This document shows positions 1-12,900 of a DNA stretch of 64,000 nt, piece after piece. The stretch is taken from sequence record NC_042013.1; one strand, written 5' to 3'. Position 1 is the first letter of the stretch; each line of letters opens with the position of its first letter. The position numbers and the translations under genes were made by a program. Below the pieces are notes generated by a model. The model was not told where the DNA came from, ran no database searches, and was given only the letters and a program-made list of their open reading frames with translations.

Positions 1-31
1 TTACTCCTATTGGCGATTGGCCTAACATGTC

Positions 32-84
32 TTGACATTATTTTTGAATAGTGTATAACTGAATCATCGAAACGTTGAAGGAGA
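32..84 (+). promoter_or_regulatory. Early promoter-leader cassette (TTGACA-N16-TATAAC, ATCGAAAC, AAGGAG RBS)
   Basis: TTGACA 32-37, TATAAC 54-59, then catcgaaacgttgaaggag just before ATG 92; same layout recurs 9 more times in the window. Confidence 0.85.
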
Positions 85-91
85 TTTAAAA

Positions 92-274
92 ATGGAAAAT
101 GAAGCTAATACCGTTTGCAAGTTGTACCCTCGTTACGATAATTGTGCAAAATTTGCGGCCAAAATTGAAATGGCAAAGCCTGAAGAACGTCTTTCTCTGA
201 TCTATCAGTACGTCAAAACTAACAAAATAGGTCTTGGTGTTTTTACTAAGATGATCAGCGACTACGTAAAGTAA
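92..274 (+). CDS. Small early hypothetical protein
   Basis: 60 aa ORF directly behind the promoter cassette and AAGGAG RBS. Confidence 0.75.
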   Translation: MENEANTVCKLYPRYDNCAKFAAKIEMAKPEERLSLIYQYVKTNKIGLGVFTKMISDYVK

Positions 275-309
275 TTTATATAAAATATAATAACATTAAG
301 GAGAACGGT

Positions 310-600
310 ATGAGTCGCGGAAAATATAGCCCGAATTGCCCACACGCGGGTGATCGTTCGTATGAATACAAGTATAATGCGGATAAACAAATTCCTCCTG
401 AATTTGATCCAAAAACTGATGTCTACAACGAGCGCCTACATTTCGGTGATTACGATTCGGAAGGTTTTGATAGATACGGTTATTCGTCTTTTGACAGCGA
501 CGGCAAGTTCGTTGGATTGGGTAACGGTGTTGATCGTAACGGATATACCGAAATGGACTATCTCACAATGTCGGACGACGAATTTTTCTACCACCTCTGA
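310..600 (+). CDS. Hypothetical protein with D-x-x-G-F/Y-D-R-x-G-Y repeats
   Basis: 96 aa, GGAG RBS, repeats YDSEGFDRYGY and VDRNGY; ends at a terminator. Confidence 0.75.
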   Translation: MSRGKYSPNCPHAGDRSYEYKYNADKQIPPEFDPKTDVYNERLHFGDYDSEGFDRYGYSSFDSDGKFVGLGNGVDRNGYTEMDYLTMSDDEFFYHL

Positions 601-604
601 TTAT

Positions 605-631
605 AAAAAAGGGCGCTTAAAGCGCCCTTTT
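605..631. terminator. Bidirectional rho-independent terminator
   Basis: aaaaaa-gggcgct-taa-agcgccc-tttt between convergent genes. Confidence 0.85.
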
Positions 632-632
632 G

Positions 633-2456
633 TTATTTGGATTTAACCGATGAAAGTACAAGACCAACTTCCTCAGTTTCCTTATCTTCAAGTGCTCGCC
701 CTACAACCAAGGATTCCTTAATGTCCTCAAGGTATCCACGGTATGCAACCGCAACACCGGGGGTTGAACTTAGTACAAGGCGTTCACCCTTAACTACCGT
801 TCCAACAACTTTAACAGGAACTCGACCTGTAAGTGCAACAGGAAGTGTTACACCTGATTTAGGATGTGAGTTAAGCAAGAAACCGGGCTTTGTAGAAATT
901 ACGCCAAAATAACGCGTATCATCATGACCGTTAGTAATTGTAATTTCCGCTGAACCACCGATAGAAACAAGCGTACCTGCCTCATACTTTTCGTCTGCAT
1001 AATAATTTTCTGCCAAGTCAGCATATCGTGCTTTCGTTACTTCACCGTCAAACACGTTTGCATAGATAGTACCCCAACGCTGCGCGTTGTTACCCATATC
1101 AAACTGACCAGCAGGAACTGATGATGCGTCCAATGGAACAAAGTTATTTTTAATTTGTTCTTCGATAACCTCTTCAACAACGTCTCTCGAGATATCTTTA
1201 ATAGAATCTTGACCAGCCTGCGAGAACGAATATGTCCAAGTATATTCATTTGCACCTGTTGCTGCAAAATCAGTTAGATCACCAGAAAGAACGCCTGCTG
1301 CTGTAATCTTTTTACCGTTTGCAAACATTTCTGCTTTTTCAGCGTAATCTGTTTTTTCTGCATAAGTTGCACGTCCGTGTAGATTGATAGTAGCAATATC
1401 GTCTTGACCATCAGGGTCGCTATCGCCAGCGTAAAAATGCTTGGAGAAAATATAGCGCCATTTACTTTCAGTCGTACCAAGATCAAAAACGTTATCTGTT
1501 CCAACCGGGAAATCTGACTGGTCGCGGCGAAGGAATGCGGTAGAGTCCAAACCGTCAAGGGTTTCAGAATCGAATGCAATACCATTCATTTTCATGCCGA
1601 GAAGATGGTTCATGTTCAAACCGGCTGTAAGAACGGTCGAACCTGATTGTCCCGGTTCGTTAGTGTATGTCAAAAAGTCCATATCATCGATTTTGGAATC
1701 TTCAATATCGAAAGGTTCATTTGTCCAAACTGCAACGAGGTCGCCATTAATAACAATTTTAAGAACGTCTACACTCTGACCTGACTGATTAACAATAGTT
1801 GTATACTGCGTATAGTTATTGTCTGTTTTGCTTCCAACTGGACCAACAAGTACCCAACCATTAGGAACAAGCGACTCATCCGCACGTTTTAGATTAGGAG
1901 GGAATGTTCCAGTATTTGCCAAGGTAGCATCGTATGCCATCAACTGACGTTCAGGAAGCATCCACCACAAATCACCCTCTTGTGGGTCTGGTGGAGGGTT
2001 ATTTGGCTGATTAGGATCACCGCCATTATTACCTTCATTGCCGGTATATGGACCACCAACTTTAACCCATTTGAAACCATCCCAATAGTAAATCTGAGAC
2101 GTTTCCATATTATACCAAAGGTCACCGGGTTCTGGATTTGTTGGCGGGTTTACGCTTGACTGCGCTCCACCAGCGACAACCCAATCGGTTCCGTTAAAAA
2201 CTTTAAGTTTATTAACAACCGATACAGGAGGACCAGCCTCAAAGGTGTGGAACCATAACTGACCAGTCAATGGATTTGAAGGTGCGGAAGGTGCAGCGAA
2301 ATGTTCAAGAAGATGAACAAGGTTTTCAGCCATAGCCTCGCCGTAATTAACGATACCACGACCAAAAAGACTAAGACTTGTTGACGTTGTATCACGCGTA
2401 AATTCTTGCAAATTTACCAACAATGTACCGTCAGATAGGTTGACTGGATAAACCAT
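633..2456 (-). CDS. Tail fibre-like virion protein with C-terminal autoproteolytic/chaperone (Peptidase_G2 IMC-like) domain
   Basis: 607 aa; repeated P-x-x-G-D/Q-L-W-Y motifs; C-terminal YADLAENY...GVISTKPG...VALTGRVPVKV; preceded by ATAAATA late motif. Confidence 0.7.
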   Translation of the reverse strand: MVYPVNLSDGTLLVNLQEFTRDTTSTSLSLFGRGIVNYGEAMAENLVHLLEHFAAPSAPSNPLTGQLWFHTFEAGPPVSVVNKLKVFNGTDWVVAGGAQSSVNPPTNPEPGDLWYNMETSQIYYWDGFKWVKVGGPYTGNEGNNGGDPNQPNNPPPDPQEGDLWWMLPERQLMAYDATLANTGTFPPNLKRADESLVPNGWVLVGPVGSKTDNNYTQYTTIVNQSGQSVDVLKIVINGDLVAVWTNEPFDIEDSKIDDMDFLTYTNEPGQSGSTVLTAGLNMNHLLGMKMNGIAFDSETLDGLDSTAFLRRDQSDFPVGTDNVFDLGTTESKWRYIFSKHFYAGDSDPDGQDDIATINLHGRATYAEKTDYAEKAEMFANGKKITAAGVLSGDLTDFAATGANEYTWTYSFSQAGQDSIKDISRDVVEEVIEEQIKNNFVPLDASSVPAGQFDMGNNAQRWGTIYANVFDGEVTKARYADLAENYYADEKYEAGTLVSIGGSAEITITNGHDDTRYFGVISTKPGFLLNSHPKSGVTLPVALTGRVPVKVVGTVVKGERLVLSSTPGVAVAYRGYLEDIKESLVVGRALEDKETEEVGLVLSSVKSK

Positions 2457-2482
2457 ATAGATGCTCCTGATAGCTTTTCATA

Positions 2483-2489
2483 TATTTAT
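2483..2489 (-). promoter_or_regulatory. T4-type late promoter core (ATAAATA)
   Basis: ATAAATA on the minus strand about 27 nt upstream of the 2456 start. Confidence 0.55.
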
Positions 2490-2508
2490 TTCGTAATAAT
2501 AGTAGTAT

Positions 2509-3105
2509 TTAACTCGTGATGATTCTAATTGTGTAAACAATTTCAATCATTCTATTCAATGATTTTGCCACAGGAGAGAAAATACAATGGGATATTAGAC
2601 TTCCTTGTTCTGGTCCAGCAGGACTATAAGTCTTTAACCCAATTTCATCAAACACAAATGGAGAATCCAAATCATTAGAATCGTCAAATGCCTCTTGACC
2701 TGCTGGTTCGGAATATTCGAGAGTACACTTAATGATAACATCTGAATAAACCGTACCAGTCAAATGTCGAACCTCGATATAATTTTTTGAAGGATCGGTG
2801 TTTAACGGGCTTTGATCATTAACCACTTTATAATATGTTGGATTATAAAGTTCGGCATTGATACCAACTACATTAGGAGGAAAATAAGTGATACCGCCTG
2901 TACCCGAAACAGCAGAACCACCTGAACCAAACTGCATTTCTTGGATATTTCCTTCCGGCCTTCCTGCAAGGCCACGTGCCAAAGCGATACTCATCGTTTC
3001 ATAATTTATCTGGTTGTGTTTATCAACGAGAACTTCACCGGTTGTTACGTCTTTTATCAATACGTGACCGAACATTTCTTGCTTGCTTAAATCTAATGTA
3101 GTCAT
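2509..3105 (-). CDS. Conserved virion structural (tail/baseplate-associated) protein
   Basis: 198 aa within the structural operon; GHVLI...GEVL..K.N.I.YE.MS.ALA, FDEIGL and K.LNR.IEI.YT.RI motifs recalled from jumbo myovirus structural proteins. Confidence 0.65.
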   Translation of the reverse strand: MTTLDLSKQEMFGHVLIKDVTTGEVLVDKHNQINYETMSIALARGLAGRPEGNIQEMQFGSGGSAVSGTGGITYFPPNVVGINAELYNPTYYKVVNDQSPLNTDPSKNYIEVRHLTGTVYSDVIIKCTLEYSEPAGQEAFDDSNDLDSPFVFDEIGLKTYSPAGPEQGSLISHCIFSPVAKSLNRMIEIVYTIRIITS

Positions 3106-3818
3106 TATTGTAATCCTATTAAATCTGTGTTTTTTCCAACTTTGGTAGTTGTAAAACCTTTTCTACTGTGATAAACATCATAAAAATGATATCCGTAAAT
3201 ATCACACCAACGTCTTAGACCGTCATCAATCTGATATTTATTTCCGTCCGGTGTCACTACCTCCCATTTACAAGATTGATAATTTTTCTTTCCTGAACGG
3301 GATTCACTCATACGTTTTTTTGTTTCGTCTGATAATATTCTTCCAAGTTTTTTTGATGCCATCAACTTTTTAGATTCTTCGCTTCTTTTTTGTCCGGTTC
3401 TAACTGCGGCATTAAGAGTATTATCTCTTTTCTTTTTATGCTTCATTCCTTTTTTGCCACCACCTAAAGATGATTTTATATCAATGGCAATATTTGTTAG
3501 TATACCATTTTCATCAAAGGAAATACGACCATATTTTTTAATAAGATTAATTTCCAATTCAGAAGCCACAATGTGAGATAGATTTTCTTCTATTTTAATT
3601 ATCACTGGTTCTAAATTTAAAGAAATAAGTTCTTTTATGACATTCTGTTTTAGTACATTCTTATCATTGCAATTGGATTGTTTTACGCATTTGACATGAT
3701 AATAACATCTTTTGCGAGTTCCCTTTCCAATATAAAAAGGTTTAAATTTAAAAATATCATCTTCAAAAATAACCCGTGGATCACATAATGCATATACGTA
3801 AAATACGTTTTTTGTCAT
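3105..3818 (-). CDS. Free-standing GIY-YIG homing endonuclease with NUMOD3-like repeats
   Basis: FYVYALCDPR...PFYIGKG...R N-terminus; RSEESKKLMA and LSDETKKRMSESRSG repeats; Lys-rich and more AT-rich than its flanks. Confidence 0.85.
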   Translation of the reverse strand: MTKNVFYVYALCDPRVIFEDDIFKFKPFYIGKGTRKRCYYHVKCVKQSNCNDKNVLKQNVIKELISLNLEPVIIKIEENLSHIVASELEINLIKKYGRISFDENGILTNIAIDIKSSLGGGKKGMKHKKKRDNTLNAAVRTGQKRSEESKKLMASKKLGRILSDETKKRMSESRSGKKNYQSCKWEVVTPDGNKYQIDDGLRRWCDIYGYHFYDVYHSRKGFTTTKVGKNTDLIGLQ

Positions 3819-3943
3819 TTTGTATCCTTAATCTTCTTTGGCGTTTGTAACGATTTGTTCACGAAAACCTCGCCGGATTCAGGATCACGTATTAGAACGT
3901 GACCCTGTATTTTAGTTGTTGTATCGTCTTTTACGTTATCCAT
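3815..3943 (-). pseudogene. Truncated 5' remnant (42 aa) of the 2509-3105 gene
   Basis: MDNVKDDTTTKIQGHVLIRDPESGEVFVNK matches the N-terminus MTTLDLSKQEMFGHVLIKDVTTGEVLVDK; its stop overlaps the endonuclease ATG (ATGA). Confidence 0.75.
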
Positions 3944-3977
3944 AATATTATATCCAATATTCTTATGACAATATTTA

Positions 3978-6900
3978 TTACGGTGTGATACCGGGAATAC
4001 CGTCTTCTTGCGCATCTTCAATCCAAGATGTCCAGTTAGCAGTATATTCTTGGACGCTGCTAACTCGCATATCATAAACATTAAATGATTTAAGATTATG
4101 TAAGCTGCTACCGTCAATTACTTCCTCGCCAACAAATGACAACAATGGTCTTGAAGTACCCTTCGTGCCGCGTGTTACACCAGTCAAGGTGTATATGTCA
4201 TTTGCAGATTGGCTATAATCAACGCCAGTGTATACAATACGCTCTGTACCAATCCATACAACACCTTCAACATTGTTGATAATGAAACGATCAATCGCCG
4301 CTTCCACTAGTGATGTAATATCTTCATTATCTGGTTTGCCTTCTATTTCAGCATCCAATCCAAATACAAATGCCATAGAAATAGCTTTGAATTGCTTAAC
4401 AGTAATAGGGCTTGACGTATCAATAGAATACGACAATTTAACCTTGGATCGAACATATTCAATATATGCAGGATCAGTGTTGTTCGGATCGTGAAGTGTT
4501 AATCCACCAGATTGCATAATTACAATTTCATTCGCGGTTGATGTTAAATCTTCAGCGAGTGTAATAACGTTATCCTGTGTATAAGTACCTGTCCAACCAC
4601 CAAATGAATCTTTAAAGAAACGGAATGACAATGGAATAGGTGACTGCATAGAACCTGTTACCGTTGCCTGACGATATACGTTCATGATAATTGGCGAACG
4701 AATATATGCCTTAACCTGTTCGTCTGGATGGTTCGCCTCAAACCAAGGTTGCGCAAGTTCGCCGCCGTTGATTTGAATATCCGCTGGTCCATCTAAATCT
4801 TCATTAAAGCTTACACGGTTTGGATTAATATCAAGATCATCACCGATATAGAATGCATACTCGTTATCCCATCCTGAATTATGATCCCATTCAAACATAT
4901 CCCAAAGACCGGTTGACAAGTTACCACCGTCGATAATCGTTCCGCGATATGAACAACCCTTGATAAGAATGTCCATGTCTTTTTTCTTCATATCGAATGT
5001 TGGTTCATAATATTCATAGATACGATCAGCAGCACCGCCGCCGTGGTTCTTATCCCACTGAACTGACCAGAATTCTACCCACTCGGTTCCAGACCACATA
5101 AAGAAACGGCTATCGTCCGTCTGCGTTATGATATCACCCATATTAACTTTAGGTGGTTCCCCTGCATTAATAAGGTTTTGGTCTGTTCTAATCATATCGT
5201 CACGTTCGATTGAATTTTTAACGATAAAATATTCATATGTACGCGTGTTGTCGGTTTGATATTTTGCAATAAGTTCATCAATACCTTCAAAATATTGATC
5301 CTTTTTCCAACGTGTTTCCGTACCATCCCAAGGCAATTCTAGCTGGTCCCAACCGACAATAGCCTTACATGATACGCGATCAAACAGAATAGTTGTTTCA
5401 TAACGTCTTACAGGATTCCAATTTTCGTCCCATTCATTGAGATTATAATTGGTTTTCTGATAGTTATTATACCACCATTTGAACCTAGAATCATTCTTTA
5501 AGATATTAACATCAAACGGGTCTGATGGATCAAGTTTTCTCCAACCACCTGCACCATTGTTAATTGTTTGATCAAAATACAATGGCTTATCAAAATCGGT
5601 TACGGTTACATTAACTGTATCCATTGGAACTGAAAGCCTACGAACATAATCACGAATTTTCACGTGATATGGCTTCGCGTCTTCAACGAATTCCAAGACG
5701 TTTTCCGTCTGATTTCTCATATTGAACGGCGTTTGCAATAATTCTTCATTATATCCAGCCATATACAAGAACGATGTCTTAAATGCCCAATCGGTATATT
5801 GATGCTGCGATACAGCGGTCTGCACCATAGAGAAGAACAATTCATTTCTTTCTCTATCGGTTAGAACCTTCGTCCATAGGCCATCAATAATTTTTTGAAG
5901 TTCCCAAGAACCATCTCTACGACCAATATTGTTAATGATATGATTACCAAAACCATAAACAAACGTACCCGGCTTATAGAAATCATCCTTAAGCTTGATA
6001 GTCGCCTTTTCACAAGCAACTTCAATCCAGCCATCATTCGTATAGAGATTCCAAACCCAACGAGGATCAGTTTCAGAACGGCGATCTACTTTAACAAGCG
6101 TTCCCTTAAGAAGGCCAATATCGATGTTTCCTGCCGCGTCTCTATCCTTAATAGTTTCGAAACGTCTAATTGGGAAATCATTAGAACTCCAACCTTCCGC
6201 ATACCAATCTACAGCTTCCCATAGTTCGCCTTCTTGCAATCTCCAATTTTGCGCATCAATCATCACAAAACCATTAGTAGATGCAGTTTGGCTTGGCTGA
6301 TATTTCCAAAGAGTCCAGAAACCATAGGTATTTTCTACGCCGTTCATTAGAACAACTTGGCCTTCTTTAATCTCACCAAATGCAACCAAATCATCACGTT
6401 CGTCTTCGCTGTCAACTTCGAAGTTGAATTCTGTTGATTTTGGCTTAGCATCTTCTGTTCTAAAGATATCAACCCATTCAAAACGAGTATTCAAGATAGC
6501 GTCTCTTGAGAAGATATCATTAAGAGTTTCAACAAATGCCTTACGCGCAACCTTTGATGGGTGGAAATAACCATATTCATCAATATCAACTTTAAACCAA
6601 GTCTGAAGAGGAATGTTAAGGTTACCGTAACGTTCTTTTTCACCCAACCATTGGTCTGGTACTTTATTAGGATTGCTAATTGATTGCGTCTGTTCAATAG
6701 TCATACCTGATGGGAATGACAAGTTGCCCAAACCAGAAACTTCCTTAAGAACGTTTCCAACCTTGTAATTATACGTAATCCAATAATCAGTTAATTTAAA
6801 TTCGCCAGAATTTGAAAATTCAGACGCATCTTCAACTAAGATTTCTGTTGTTTCGGCATCAATGCGATTTTTTGTAGTCGTCTTGACTACGCGATTATCA

Positions 6901-9900
6901 ACATTAGTGTTCCATCCAACCAAGCTATCACGCATCTTGTCCCATAGGGTAACGTCAACAACCTTACGGTCGTCTTCGTCACGAACGAGTTGCCATTGCT
7001 TATGGAAAAGTCCATCGTTATCAACGGTTTTCCATTCGAGATGTAATGCGGTGCTTGTATTGTTAACATATACCTTAGAACCACCTACAATAATTTTGTT
7101 TGCAGAAATAACAGCGAACCAAGGAATATCACTTTCAAACGGATTTTGAAGTATTGATGCTACCTGTGTTGCAGTTAGTGTTCTATCAGTTCTTACTGGA
7201 AGTGATGTTGCGTTCTTAACCCAAAAATAATACACGGTTTCCATACGATTATTTTCTTTGTTATATTCTGAACGAACAACATAACTCGGATTTTCGATAT
7301 CTTTCACTTCGCCAGTTGGCTTTTGCTGTGTTCTATCGAAAATAACATTACGATTTAACAATACCGTATCTGCCCAATTATCAGGAGATACCGTACTACG
7401 AGTCCATTCATAGATATCGATAGTGATACCGGGTGCCAAATGGCCCCAATTTCTCCACTTATAATCATCCGAATCAATTTCGTAATCAAGATATCGAGTA
7501 GTACTGATGTCCCACCATAGTGAGCCTTCCTCAATATTGTTCCAAGAATTTTCTTGTGAATTTTCATTAAGAAGAGGACCACGGTTATAAATCGCAGGAT
7601 CATATTCAATAATATATGTCAATTCTTTTTCGACAGAGCCCGGTATAATTCCCTTATAAGGATCAAACAATTGCAATGTTTGAAGAGTTTCTTGTGTATC
7701 AACATCATAAATGTACGCCGATTTAATAAGAGAAGAATCTACCATTGGAGTTTCTTCACGAATAGTATTCCAATCGTCGCCATTGATAACTTTAGTAAAT
7801 TCTTTTACCTTCCACTTAGCTTCAGATTCTGTTGTTGATTCCCAATAACGCTCGTCAAATGTAGACATGCTGTTACGTTCATCCGTGAATGACATAGTCG
7901 CGGTGGTATAATTTTCACCACGATTTTCCATCAAGATATCTTTCACAACCGCAGGGTTAAGAATAACATCAAATTCAACCTTGTTAGTCGATTGATCATT
8001 TTCTATTTCAACTATAGGCGTAGAATCATATCCCCAACCGCTGTTGATAATTGAAACTTCCTTGATAGAACCATCAACAACGCTACTAATAACGGCCTGT
8101 GCATTTCTGCCTGCGCTATGCTTAGGAGTGATGATAATAGTTTCTGTACCAACATATCCACTGTTAGTGTCAGGATTTTTAACGATAATTTTATAAAGAG
8201 ATGTTGGTGCAAGGCGAACAGACGCCTCTGCTCCATTACCGTCACCAGATATCGTAACCTTAGGATCAGCCGTATACTTAGTACCCTTGTTAGTGATGAC
8301 GGGATATGCGAGTGAAGTCTGGCCACTCTTAGGTTCGATTGTCGCCTCGAGACCATAACCGCCTTCAATGCTTCTGTATACGAAACCGTTTACCTTAACC
8401 AAATCGTGGTATGCATAAGGAACGTTAGGCTTCCATTCAACCGCGCTTTCACGTGCGTTGCGGCCATCATCAAGCCATACCTTTGTACCATATGTCCAAC
8501 CGTCAACTGGCAAGTTTCCGATTTCATTCATGACACTCATATCTGCAAAACGAACTGTGTTCCACGCGAATACGTCACCGCCTGTTCCGGTTGAGGCAGA
8601 AATTTGCGGCGTACCATCTTGTTCAAACAATTCGAAACCATTCAAATAATGATAGTCAACAGAAATTGTTAGTAGACCGTTTGTTGCGCCATCGCCGTCA
8701 TAGTAAATGATCATCTTATCATCTTCTAAGATACGATCATTCAAGATAAATGAAGGTAATGTACCTGCAACTTTAAGATCAATATCACGAGAACCAGCAA
8801 CATTATTAACAACGTTAATATAAGCGGTTACTGTGTCACCCATTGTACCATTAGTTACGTTCGGTGTGTCTGTTAATTCAATAACAATACCATCGTCCGT
8901 TTCGGTTACGAGTGAAACAAAATCGGGAATGTTTACTTCATACGTCACGTTCTCTTCTATGTCACCAAGAGGTAACTCGAAGGATTGCAACCAGTATTCA
9001 TTCGTACTTGCATTAGTAGGAGGATTAAATGTTATAGTTTCATCAACATAATCCCAAACACCATAATTTGGATGTGATGGTGGTGAAATTACGCGCTTTC
9101 TCCATTGTGCAATTGTTGTTGGTTCAAGAACTTCAGGAACTGCAATGATTTCAGCAATAGGAGCGCCGCCATTCAATGGAGGTTCGATTAATACTTGACC
9201 GTTTTCGCCAGTCCAAGAACATTTGCCCCAATCATCGATAGTTATTGATGTTACTCTCCACATCATTACAGGCTCGATAATTGCGCCCGCGCCATTACCA
9301 CCACCAACAATGATAGTTGGTTTTGATTTATAACCAATACCAGTCCAAGGATTAATTTTTACGTTTGGTGCGGTCAAATAGCCGCTACCAGCGCCATCAA
9401 TAGTTATGGATGAAATTCCACCATTGGTGTCAAGACTCGCGGTGACAACGCCGTGTGATTGTGGAGCGCCGCCCTCAAACGTAATAATAGGAACCATTTC
9501 CCAACCAGAGCCAGCAACCGCCGTTACTCCTGTTAATGATCCACCTGCAATAGTTGCAGTTGCGGATGATCCAGTTCCTGCACCGGGGATTGTTACGGAT
9601 ACGATTTTACCATTTGAAATATTAGCAACGGCTTTAGCACCCTGACCTTGACCACCAATGACAGATACAGAAGGTGTAGATGTATAGCCATTACCGCCGT
9701 CTACAACGGTATATCCAACAATAGTACCTTCGATATGCGCCGTAGCCTTCACGCCAGTTGGTCCAAGAACGGTTACCTTCGGCATAGAATCGTATGAATA
9801 TCCCCATCCAGAATTTTTAACAACAATAGATGATGGAGTTACAAAGATATTGCCCGTACGAATCAAACGAATAATTGCGTTTTCCTCGCTTTCAAATACG

Positions 9901-12900
9901 GTCATTGTATTATCCCAAATATCAACAGATATCGGTTTAGAATACAAGAATGTAGGTCTTGTTGGTGCCGTACGAACGCTACGAATAGCCTCGTCATTGC
10001 TAACAGAACCAATAAATCTTGAAGGATTTGCACGCGTACCAATCTTAACAGTTGGGTTCACACCAGCCGGATTATTGAACGGACGTACAACGCTTGCTGT
10101 AATTTTGTTAATAACAATTTCAGAAGCACCAATCAAGTCCATAATGTCGATTTGGTTTGAAGTAGCCGTTCCAGAAATTAACTGTTCTGCCGCATCAACA
10201 TAGATGTTAGCCGTATTATTAACTTTTGTTTTATAGGTTCCGCCAAGAATCGCATCACCGCTGGATGTTTCAACCCCATCAAGAACAACACGACTCATAC
10301 GATCTTCAAACTGCGTAAAATCGCTAAAGAAATTAGGATTTACAATAGCAGCATCAGCCGTTGCAATAGGTTCAAACCAATTATGTTCTATACCTAAAAC
10401 AGTGAACATGTTTCGGTCAGTTGCTACAACTGAACCCTGACCTTCAAACGATGCAGGTCGTGCTTCAACTACGTTGGCTGACGTATCACCTAAACGGAAT
10501 ACCGACCAATCACCATTTGCAACATCATAGCACCATGCATTATCACCGGGTAGTACATTTTTCTTGATAACCTCAAGATTTGCCGTAACGGTAAGTTTAC
10601 CGGGCGCTGCTGCAAGACCAGAACGCTGATAAGTGTAAACGAAAATTTCGTTTCCTGAATCATCATTTACAAACAGGTAATTAAACACTTGCTGTGTATG
10701 CGTGTAAATTCTGTCAGTTTTAACGGTATCACGTGACATATACAATTCTGGATTTGAAAGTGTACCAATACTAATTTCAAATTCACGAATATCGTCCGCA
10801 TCAACGTTGAATGCATTTTCAACATCAATAACAAAATTCTTAACGCGGTAAGTACCCTTGCTTAGCTTTTTAATGATAACCGTTTTTGATGTACCAGTGA
10901 CGCCGCCTTTATAAGTAACAGTCAAATCATTAGTGATATCAACTGGTGGGTTTGCGGTCTTCGCATCGCTATAGATTGCTAAGAAATTGTTGTAATCTGT
11001 AGCTGTCCACTGAACGTCGCCAAGATGTACATAACCCGCTGACGGTAAGTTACCCTTGTCATAAGCGGATACGTTCTTCAATGCCCAATCAGGATTATGG
11101 GTATCATGACGCCAAATCCAACGAGGATCACGATATACGAACTGGCCTGTTGTATTATCAAACAAGTCAACAATGTTCAATACATTCGTGTCACGATCAT
11201 CTGTAGCAAAGATTTCGTTATAATAATCAGGCGTAAATTTATACTCGATGTCAATCTGAACATTACCGGAAATGCTCGCATTTTTTACGTACACGTTAAT
11301 ATCAAGATCAAAGTTTGTTGTAATCCCCTCTGCATCCAATTCATAGATATGAATTCCCTTTTCAGAGATTGAAATATTAGAGACATAACGTTCATTATCG
11401 CTTTCGTCACCAACTGACAAAATAGGCTGTATTCCGTTAAATTCTTCAAACACGCTAACAGTTATTTTTTCGATGTTGATACCGTTAGTTCTCTTGAAAG
11501 ATGCCAAATTGATCACACCACTGGTGCTTTCAGTTTGGATTTCAGCTTCAATAGTTGCCTCTTCGGTAGAGTCACCAATCAGTTTCAAGACTGGAGTTGT
11601 TTCAAAACCAGTGCCGGGATTTACAACCTCAACGAAGTTAACTTTTGCACCTGTGGTTGCAACATCAAGAATAGCACCTGTTCCAGTTCCATTAAAAGTA
11701 ATGAAAGTAGAATCATCATATCCTTGACCAGAACTTGTTACTTCAACGCCAGAGATAGCACCTCCAGAAACTCGGAACTTCAAGCCGTCTTGCGCGGACC
11801 AGTTTGTTCCAACGAAAGATACGACAGGATTCGTTTTGGTATATCCACCACCGGGTTGTGTAACGCTAACCTTAAGAATCGCACCTGTTGGTGAAACCTC
11901 AGTCACTTTACCGCGTGCTTGGTTATTACCACCATATACACGAATAGAATCACCTACTTTATAGCCGCTACCTGCGCCAACTTGACCGGCAGGAACGTCA
12001 ACATAAATATCGATAATTTTACTTGATTGATAATTAACGCTGGAAACCTTTGCGGTTGCACCATAACCATTACCATTGATGTTTAACAAGTCACCTTCGA
12101 AGAAACCTGTTCCACCACGAACAACCTGTATGCTTTCAATACCGGTAACTGACCAGTCAAGAGATACATTGAATGTTGCATTATTTGCACCACCAACAAC
12201 TTCAACGCTAGGCGCAGTTCTGTATCCACGACCGGGGTTAGTTACCTTGACGTTAGATATACCACCAATGGTATAACGAACCGTCTGCTTTTCCTTTGGA
12301 TTAATGTAATCCCAATGTTCATCATCCCAACCAAGACGCAAGTCCCATCCACCTTGACCAGCGCCGACGAAATCGATTAGCTGCGGGTTATTGGTGAAAT
12401 CTTCTTGTTTAAGAACGAAATCCATAGATTTGTTAGTAGAGCTATAACCATAATCACCAATACGGAATGCCCATTCTTCCAAGAATTTAGTGCTTTCATT
12501 ATGACGAATAAAGTTGCTTCTAAAAATCTTATGAAGAGCAGACACTGTTCCCTTTTGTTGGATCAAGCCTTGATAGAACTCAAACTGGTTGGTTTTCGTA
12601 ATCAATAGATTATCAAGATATGGTTTTTCATAATAACCAATATTGAGACGTGCACGCTCCATAAGCTCTGAACTTTCAACGGATTCAATATCAAACATAC
12701 GTCTAATATTGTCAGCAGATTTTTCAAAGTTTGGTCGAATAACATTTCCAGTGATCAAGAAGCCGGGAGCGTCAATACGTCCCTTCCAATCGTCGGTTTT
12801 AAATCCTTGTAGACGAACGCGTGTTTGGCGTGAATTGAACAATGGATCATAAATTTTATCACCAAAAATAGTCGTATTATCAATTAAGATGATATGTTCC

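Noticed and set aside
3105-3943. Group I intron containing the endonuclease
   Set aside because: There is no non-coding space for a ribozyme core, and the downstream gene has its own complete N-terminus.
3944-4117. Upstream part of the ORF-track 100-aa ORF 3815-4117
   Set aside because: It overlaps the end of the giant gene and has no protein-like signal; the homology begins at ATG 3943.
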